Source: Candidatus Dormiibacterota bacterium
GTDB lineage: Bacteria > Eisenbacteria > RBG-16-71-46 > SZUA-252
Length of the DNA: 63,072 bases
Assembly (NCBI GenBank): GCA_035635575.1
Contig: DASQAV010000008.1
Span: 1 to 63,072, forward strand
Direction: 5' to 3'
Shown: piece after piece, positions 46,309-52,472 of the stretch
Layout of the letters: each line of letters begins with the position of its first letter
Numbering within the stretch: the first letter of the stretch is position 1
Position numbers and translations under genes: made by a program
Notes under the pieces: generated by a model
The model's database searches: none
Seen by the model: the letters and a program-made list of their open reading frames with translations, nothing else
Told to the model about the DNA's origin: nothing

Positions 46309-47386
46309 CGCGCTCCTTCCGGACCTGGCCCTCGATCCAGAGGTCCCGGCCCACGCGCCGCGTCACGAGCGACTCCACCTCGATCGCCTCGTCCAGATGG
46401 GCGCGGCCGAGATCGCGCGTCCATGCCGGGGCGCTGGCACCTCCCAGGATCCGGGGCGCGATTCCCACCGCGACGCGGTCCGCGAGCCCTTCGCGAAGGA
46501 TCGCCGTATGCACGGTCGGCCCTCCTTCCACGAGGAGGGAGAGCCTTCCCTCCCCGGCCAGCTTCCGGAAGAGCGCCTGGAGCGGTACCCGCCCCGTTTC
46601 GTCCGGAGCGAAGGCAGAGACCCGGACGCCGAGCGCCTCCAGCGCCTGGATCGCCGGGCGCTCCTGGGAGACGGTCGCGATCAGGAGCGGTGCCTCATGC
46701 GCCGAGCGGACGAGCCGCGAGCCGGCCGGGATGCGAAGCCGCGAGTCGAGCACGACGCGGAGCGGATTCCGTCCCTTCCAGAGCCGCACCGTCAGCTCCG
46801 GGTCGTCCCCCAGCACCGTGCCGATTCCGACCAGGATGGCGTCGTGCTCCGCCCGGAGCCTATGGCAGAGCCTCTGCTCCTCTTCCCCGCCCAGGCCGCG
46901 CGATTCTCCGGCGTCGCTCGCCATGCGGCCGTCGAGCGAGATCATCGATTTGAGCATCACCCACGGGAGCCCGGTGGCCAGGAACTTGAGATATGCCGCG
47001 TTCAGCTCCAGGCATTCCTCGCGGCGCACGTCCTCGACCACCTCGATCCCGGCGGCGCGCAGCGCCGCAACACCACGCCCGTCCACGAGCGGATTCGGAT
47101 CGCGCATGCCGAGGATCACGCGGCGAATCCCGGCCCCGACGATCGCGGCGACGCAGGCAGGCGTGCGCCCCTGATGGGCACAGGGCTCGAGCGTCGAGAC
47201 GAGCGTCTGGCCGCGGGCGCGATCCCCGGCTTCCTCCAGAGCCCGCACCTCGGCGTGCGCCTCGCCCGCGCGCGCGTGGAAGCCACGGCCCACGATGGCG
47301 CCGCCGCGCAGCACGACCGCGCCCACGCGCGGGTTGGGATGCGTGGTGCCCACCCCGCGGCGCGCGAGACGGATCGCCGCCGTCAT
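46301..47386 (-). CDS. ribD: bifunctional diaminohydroxyphosphoribosylaminopyrimidine deaminase / 5-amino-6-(5-phosphoribosylamino)uracil reductase
   Basis: HAEVRALEEAG...EPCAHQGRTPAC deaminase zinc motif, then a reductase domain. ATG 47386 has AGGA 7 nt upstream. The in-frame ATG at 47470 abuts the terminator U-tract and lacks an SD. Confidence 0.9.
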   Translation of the reverse strand: MTAAIRLARRGVGTTHPNPRVGAVVLRGGAIVGRGFHARAGEAHAEVRALEEAGDRARGQTLVSTLEPCAHQGRTPACVAAIVGAGIRRVILGMRDPNPLVDGRGVAALRAAGIEVVEDVRREECLELNAAYLKFLATGLPWVMLKSMISLDGRMASDAGESRGLGGEEEQRLCHRLRAEHDAILVGIGTVLGDDPELTVRLWKGRNPLRVVLDSRLRIPAGSRLVRSAHEAPLLIATVSQERPAIQALEALGVRVSAFAPDETGRVPLQALFRKLAGEGRLSLLVEGGPTVHTAILREGLADRVAVGIAPRILGGASAPAWTRDLGRAHLDEAIEVESLVTRRVGRDLWIEGQVRKERDV

Positions 47387-47470
47387 GGCTTTGTCCTCGG
47401 TCCCGGAACGATGACGGTCGGGTGCCCGCCGGGAAGGTTCTTTCGCCGCTGTCGTGATCCGCATGCTCAT

Positions 47471-47503
47471 GAAAAATGCCCCGCAGGCAGACACCCGCGG
47501 GGC
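47471..47503 (-). terminator. intrinsic terminator of the FMN riboswitch expression platform
   Basis: Minus-strand RNA reads GCCCCGC-gGGtgtctgCCt-GCGGGGC followed by AUUUUUC, 40 nt downstream of the aptamer. Confidence 0.6.
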
Positions 47504-47543
47504 GCACCCGGCCCAAGGCCGGTCGCATCCGTCCACTGTGGCC

Positions 47544-47667
47544 ATCCTTCTCCCATCCAGACTTTGACTGTCGGCTCCGGAATTTCACCGGATCTGCCGC
47601 GGGGGGATACCCCTTTGGCTCGCGGGCTGTTACCGCCGGTGGGGACTTTCACCCCGCCCCGAAGGAT
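47544..47667 (-). promoter_or_regulatory. FMN riboswitch (RFN element) aptamer
   Basis: The minus strand reads AUCCUUCGGGGCGGGGUGAAAGUCCCCACCGGCGGUAACAGCCCGCGAGCC...GAUCCGGUGAAAUUCCGGAGCCGACAGUCAAAGUCUGGAUGGGAGAAGGAU. All conserved RFN blocks are present and P1 closes as AUCCUUC/GAAGGAU. It lies directly upstream of ribD. Confidence 0.92.
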
Positions 47668-47685
47668 GTCTGCGATTCGTATCGG

Positions 47686-47714
47686 ATGGTAGTCCGAACG
47701 AGCTGCTAGCGCAA
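47686..47714 (-). promoter_or_regulatory. candidate rib promoter TTGCGC-17 nt-TACCAT
   Basis: On the minus strand: -35 at 47714-47709 (overlapping the stop codon of the upstream gene) and -10 at 47691-47686, about 18 nt before the riboswitch P1. Confidence 0.3.
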
Positions 47715-50525
47715 GAGGATGAGCTTCTTCGCCTGGACGTCGCCGTCGGCTTCGAGGCGGTAGAAGTAGGCGCCGCTCGCGAGCTCCCGCCCGTGATCAT
47801 TGGTACCGTCCCAGGTCACGCGATATTCCCCGGCGGGCATCATCCGATCCGCGAGGCTCCGCACCGGTGCTCCGGACACGTTGAACACGAGGAGACGGAC
47901 GCGCGTGGGGTGCGAGAGCGTGAACCGGATCGCGGTGTGGGGATTGAAGGGATTCGGCGCGGCGTCGAAGAGCTGGGCGCGCGGCGCTCTCGGTCCCGAC
48001 GAGACGTCCACGCCGGTGGCGATATAGCATCCTGGAACCTCGAGCTCCTCGACGAGCGTCCGGTAGAGGAGGAGATTCAGGCGCGTGGCGCTCTGGATCG
48101 AGGCCAGGCCGAACCCGAGCAGGACGGAGCGCGAGGAATCCGCGACCACCCCGACCGAATCGCGGAACTCCACGGCGCCCGTGAACCCGTTGGGATAGGT
48201 GATCCAGGCGCGCGCCTTCCCGCCGGCGCAGGTGGAGCCCGCCAGCGCGTCGAAGCGGTTCAGTACAGGACACTGTCCGTTCAGCAGGAAGGGCTCGGAG
48301 GCGATGCGCGTCCCGGCCGCACCCACCGTCAACGGGCTGAGCGAGTCTTGTGGAATGTTCTCCCACACGTCGCGAATGTAGCTCGTACCCAGCGTGCACG
48401 TGAGGAACGTGCCGATGTCCTGCCCGTTCGCCGCCAGGTCGTAGGCGAGATTGTCCCCCGCGAGCACGAGCCCCCGGTTCCCTCCCGGAAGCTTGGCCCA
48501 CGTCTTCAAGAGCTGCTGGTCCTCGGCGGAGAGGGTCAGGGAAGAGCGCGTTCCCACGTCCCAGATGATCGCGGAATACACGCCGAGCGAGCCCACGGGC
48601 ACGCCGGGCCAGTACCGGATCGGATCATTGGGCGGCCCGCCCCCGATCGCGTTCCCCATGGCGCTGGTGGGAGCGTTCATGTCGTAACGGTCGTAGCGCA
48701 GGCCGAGTGCTGAGAGCGTCTGGTCCATCGAAGGGCTGGGATCCACGCCCGCGTACGCGTTCACGTAGAGCACGTTCGCCGTGTTGCCCGCGCACGTGCC
48801 CGACGCGCTCTGGATCGCGGGCAGCACCGTGGCGTTGAGGTAGTGCGAGGCGGAAAGCGCATCCAGCGGAAGCGTGGCCGTCGCGTCGAGCGAATCGGTC
48901 ACCGCGAAATAGTAGCGAAGCGTCGTGCCCCGCGCGTAGGCGCCCGCGGGAACGTCCGCCGAGTACGCGCTGGGAATGGCGGCGCCGTAGGGCGTCAGGG
49001 GCAGGCTCAGGAAAGCGCCGCCGTCCAGACTGTAGAAGAACTGGGCTGCCTTGAGCCCGCGGGACGCGGAAAGGCGCACCGAGACGCTGTCCCCGCGGGG
49101 GGTGTTGAAATTGTCGTTGGAATGGAACGCCGTCGTCTTGAAGGTGTCCTGGAAGAGGTCCTCTTCCGAAGCCACGATCGAAGGGGGCGCGAGCCCGACG
49201 ACGCCGACCGCGAGGTTGTCGAAATAGACCGACGTCCCCGAGGGTGTGGAGACACCGTCGCAGTAGAGCTGCGAGTAGTCCGCGACCTCGATCATGAACT
49301 GCACGGAATCCTTGCCCGCGGCGGCGGTAAGTGGGATGGACTGGCGCAGCCATTCCTTCTCGCTGCCGGCGTAGAGCTGGCTCGTGGCCGGGCTCCAGGT
49401 CGACCAGGCCCCGCCCGCGTTCCGGGTGCGAAGCCTGACGGCGTAGTAGAAGCAGGCGAACTGCGGGAGGTTTCGATAGACATCCCAGGCGGCGAACACC
49501 TGATCCGCCCGATTCACGAAAACCGAAGGGCTGATCAGCTTGTCATCCATGCGCGTCGTCAGGGATCCCGTCGATGGATTGGTCACGTCCCAGACCTTCG
49601 AGGTGTTGGACGTGCAGACCTGCTCTCCGGGAGCGTTGGCGCGGATGCGCCAGAAATCGCCGGCCGCCGGGAAGGTGGATACGGTCCACGTCCCTTGCCC
49701 GAACTCGAAATCGTCGAAGAAGCGCAGGTCCGTCGTGCCCGCTTTCACAGTCACGTTGTCGATCGACCAGCCGTCGGCGTTCGGGACGAGTCCGTCCGAG
49801 GAGGACCCCTGGACGTCGCTCCGGAATACGAACCGGAAATGCACCGGGTTGACCTTGGCGATGATCGAATCGGGGATCTGCACCGTGGCGGTATCACACG
49901 GCGCGCCCGCGGGTCCGTGCACCGCGCCCGTCCATTGATGGACCCCAATCCAGCCGTCGACGGGATCGAAGATCTCGAGGTACGCGAAATCGAAGTTCGC
50001 CTCGACGCTGAGCTGATGCTTGAAGGAGATCTTCACCGGGCTCGCCGCGCCGGTGAGGCTCACGAAGTTCTCGAGGGTCTGGTTCCAGCCGTTGTCGTAG
50101 CCGTATCGATTCGCGTCCAGGACCCAGGTCGAGTCGATTCGCCCGCACCAGAAGGCGTTCCCCTGGCAGCCGTAGGTGGTGGCGATGTGCCAGGCGGCGG
50201 GCTGGAAGGAGGCGTCCTGGTGGGCATAGCCCCCTTCGTTCGAGGGGCTGGAGCGGGTCTCGAGGCTGTCGCGGTACACCCAGACCGTGTCGCCGCTCTG
50301 ATTTCTTTGCTGGCTCCGGAACACCCAATCCTGCCGTCCCGGCTTTGCACGCGGGGTCACGTTTCCGGGACCGGGAAGCGGGAGCGATCGACTGGCGAGG
50401 CGAGGATAGACTCTTACGGAATAAGGGGATGGCGCCGCCGCGAGGGAGACCGATCCACCTGCCAGAGCCGCGCCGAGGGAGGCAAAGCAAAGCACGGCGG
50501 AGGCAGAGGCACGGAAGCGGGTCAC
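47706..50525 (-). CDS. 939-aa secreted protein of unknown function with T9SS/FlgD-Ig-type C-terminal domain
   Basis: Signal peptide MTRFRASASAVLCFASLGAALAGG. No HExxH or other catalytic motif seen. C-terminus is APNPFNPHTAIRFTLSHPTRVRLLVFNVSGAPVRSL...YRVTWDGTNDHGRELASGAYFYRLEADGDVQAKKLILLR. Confidence 0.8.
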   Translation of the reverse strand: MTRFRASASAVLCFASLGAALAGGSVSLAAAPSPYSVRVYPRLASRSLPLPGPGNVTPRAKPGRQDWVFRSQQRNQSGDTVWVYRDSLETRSSPSNEGGYAHQDASFQPAAWHIATTYGCQGNAFWCGRIDSTWVLDANRYGYDNGWNQTLENFVSLTGAASPVKISFKHQLSVEANFDFAYLEIFDPVDGWIGVHQWTGAVHGPAGAPCDTATVQIPDSIIAKVNPVHFRFVFRSDVQGSSSDGLVPNADGWSIDNVTVKAGTTDLRFFDDFEFGQGTWTVSTFPAAGDFWRIRANAPGEQVCTSNTSKVWDVTNPSTGSLTTRMDDKLISPSVFVNRADQVFAAWDVYRNLPQFACFYYAVRLRTRNAGGAWSTWSPATSQLYAGSEKEWLRQSIPLTAAAGKDSVQFMIEVADYSQLYCDGVSTPSGTSVYFDNLAVGVVGLAPPSIVASEEDLFQDTFKTTAFHSNDNFNTPRGDSVSVRLSASRGLKAAQFFYSLDGGAFLSLPLTPYGAAIPSAYSADVPAGAYARGTTLRYYFAVTDSLDATATLPLDALSASHYLNATVLPAIQSASGTCAGNTANVLYVNAYAGVDPSPSMDQTLSALGLRYDRYDMNAPTSAMGNAIGGGPPNDPIRYWPGVPVGSLGVYSAIIWDVGTRSSLTLSAEDQQLLKTWAKLPGGNRGLVLAGDNLAYDLAANGQDIGTFLTCTLGTSYIRDVWENIPQDSLSPLTVGAAGTRIASEPFLLNGQCPVLNRFDALAGSTCAGGKARAWITYPNGFTGAVEFRDSVGVVADSSRSVLLGFGLASIQSATRLNLLLYRTLVEELEVPGCYIATGVDVSSGPRAPRAQLFDAAPNPFNPHTAIRFTLSHPTRVRLLVFNVSGAPVRSLADRMMPAGEYRVTWDGTNDHGRELASGAYFYRLEADGDVQAKKLILLR

Positions 50526-50547
50526 ACTTCTATTTTACCACGAGAGA

Positions 50548-51699
50548 CTACCTAAGTTCCTCTGAGATCACAGGCTGGGCGCCCAGCTTCCGGGCCAATC
50601 CTTTCACCGCTTTGAGGGTTTCGGCACCGGTCGCGGACGCCCACGGATCGAAGCGACCCCCCTCCCGAAGCGGAAGACCCAGGGCTGTAGCCTCGCGCGC
50701 CGCGCGGGCGAGATAATGCCTGCGTCCCAGATCGGGAAATGGATCGAGTCCCTGGTTCGGGGCGCTCGGGGCGGCCGCGATTCCCGCGCCCGGAGATCCC
50801 GAATTCCCCGCGGCCTGCGGCGTGCCCTCGATCTCCATGAGGAGGAGCGCGAGCGCCCCGCGCGTGACCGGATCTCCGAGATGATAGGAGCGGTCGGCAA
50901 AGGGAGTGATCCATCCGCGCGCCATCGCCGAGCGGATCCATCGCTCTCCCCAGGCACCGCGCGCCTCCTCCGAATCGGAGGGACGGGCCGTCTCCGCGCG
51001 CCAGCTGGGCCGTTCCGGATCGGCGCCCAGCTCGGCGGCGAGCAGCACGCCGAGCTCTCCGCGTGAGAGCGTGGAATGCATGCGGAGCGCCACGTACCCC
51101 ACGGGCAATCCCGCGGCAACGTAGCGGGACTCCAGCGCGGAAGTCAGGGCGGCCTGCGTGGGTGCGTGGCTCGGATCGCGAGCGAGCGCTTTCGTGAACG
51201 CGTCCACGGCCAGCTTCACGTCCCCCGCCTGCGCATAGGCGCGGCCCAGCTCGAAGTAGGGCTCGGCACTCAACGTGTCGAGCGCCGCGGCGCGGAGGAG
51301 CTCGGTCTTGGCATCGAGGTAGCGGTGGGTGGCAATGTGAAGCCGCCCCAGCGCCACGTGCGCCGAGGCGCTCTGAGGCATGAGCTCCACGGCGCGCGCC
51401 AGGGAGCGCCGCGCCGTCTCCGCTTCCCCCAGCTGCAGCGAGGCCTGCCCCGCGCCCATCTCGGCCCGGAACTCCAGATCGCGCACGCCCGCCCGCTTCG
51501 CGGCCGCCGCGGCGCGCGCGTAGAACGCGCGCGCCTCCGCCGTGGCGCCTCGCGCGCTCGAGGAATCTCCAGCGGCAAGAAGCACCGGGATCGAGGCGGA
51601 GTCCTCGGGACGCGCCGGGCGCGCCTCGTGTCCGCCGGCACAGCCGGACAGAGCCCAGGCGAGGAGGAGTAGCGTCGTGGCGGGAAGCGTTCTAGGCAT
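50548..51699 (-). CDS. lipoprotein with N-terminal TPR repeats and C-terminal SLH-like repeats
   Basis: Lipobox LAWALSGC. TPR-like AEPYFELGRAYAQAGDVKLAVDAFTKALARDPSH. SLH-like WIRSAMARGWITPFADRSYHLGDPVTRGALALLL and FPDLGRRHYLARAAREATALGLPLREGGRFDPWASATGAETLKAV. Confidence 0.75.
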   Translation of the reverse strand: MPRTLPATTLLLLAWALSGCAGGHEARPARPEDSASIPVLLAAGDSSSARGATAEARAFYARAAAAAKRAGVRDLEFRAEMGAGQASLQLGEAETARRSLARAVELMPQSASAHVALGRLHIATHRYLDAKTELLRAAALDTLSAEPYFELGRAYAQAGDVKLAVDAFTKALARDPSHAPTQAALTSALESRYVAAGLPVGYVALRMHSTLSRGELGVLLAAELGADPERPSWRAETARPSDSEEARGAWGERWIRSAMARGWITPFADRSYHLGDPVTRGALALLLMEIEGTPQAAGNSGSPGAGIAAAPSAPNQGLDPFPDLGRRHYLARAAREATALGLPLREGGRFDPWASATGAETLKAVKGLARKLGAQPVISEELR

Positions 51700-52381
51700 G
51701 GAGAAGTTTTCGCTCCTTGAAGCTCGCGTATGCGTCCTTCGCGACCACGACGTGGTCGAGAATATCGATGCCGAGAATTCTCCCGGCTTCCACGAGGCGG
51801 CGCGTGATCGCGAGATCCTCCTCGCTCGGCGTCGGGTCCCCGGACGGATGATTATGGGCCAGGATCAGGCTCGCGGCCGAGACCGCGATGGCGGGCTGGT
51901 ACACCTCGCGCGGATGGACGATGCTCGCGTTCAGGCTGCCGATGGAGATGATCTCGCGGCGGAGCACCTGATTTCGTGAATTCAAATAGAACCCGACGAA
52001 ATGCTCCCGGTTGGCGCCGCGTATGTCCCGGGTGAGATCGAACACCGTCTCGGGTCCGCGCACAAGCGCCGCCGCGTCTCCATCCGGCCAGAGCCGCCGC
52101 CCCAGCTCCGCCGCCGCGAGGAGCTGCGCCGCGCGCGCCTGCCCCAGACCTTTCACGAGCAGGAGCTCCTCCACCGGAACCCGATGAAGCTGACGCAGGG
52201 GGATGGCCGACGTGACCCGCGTCCCCAGCTCCAGAACACCCTCCCCCGGACCGCCCGTTCCGAACAGTACCGCCACCAGATCCGCATCCGTGAGGACGCC
52301 GGGTCCGGACTGGAGCAACCGCTCGCGCGGGCGCTCATCTTCCACCATGTCGTCGATCGTGGTTCGTTTCTTCCGCCGCAT
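51692..52381 (-). CDS. radC: RadC-family JAB/MPN domain protein
   Basis: HhH region VKGLGQARAAQLLAAAELGRR, JAMM motif LAHNHPSGDPTPSEED. ATG 52381 has GGAGGAG 8 nt upstream. The track start GTG 52390 is too close to the SD. Confidence 0.88.
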   Translation of the reverse strand: MRRKKRTTIDDMVEDERPRERLLQSGPGVLTDADLVAVLFGTGGPGEGVLELGTRVTSAIPLRQLHRVPVEELLLVKGLGQARAAQLLAAAELGRRLWPDGDAAALVRGPETVFDLTRDIRGANREHFVGFYLNSRNQVLRREIISIGSLNASIVHPREVYQPAIAVSAASLILAHNHPSGDPTPSEEDLAITRRLVEAGRILGIDILDHVVVAKDAYASFKERKLLHA

Positions 52382-52435
52382 CCCAAGCACTCCTCCGGGA
52401 GCGGTGTCGCGGGTGTGTTGAAGCGAGGTGAGCCG

Positions 52436-52464
52436 ATGCTAGGGAGGAACCGTCGCCCAGGCAA
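52436..52464 (-). promoter_or_regulatory. candidate radC promoter TTGCCT-17 nt-TAGCAT
   Basis: On the minus strand: -35 at 52464-52459 and -10 at 52441-52436, in the 82-nt gap after the upstream stop. Confidence 0.35.
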
Positions 52465-52472
52465 GGGGAAAA

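Noticed and set aside
47387-47470. Longer ribD start at ATG 47470 (MSMRITTAAKEP...).
   Set aside because: That ATG directly abuts the terminator U-tract and has no SD, and the extra 28 residues do not resemble RibD. ATG 47386 has AGGA and yields the typical MTAAIRLARRG N-terminus.
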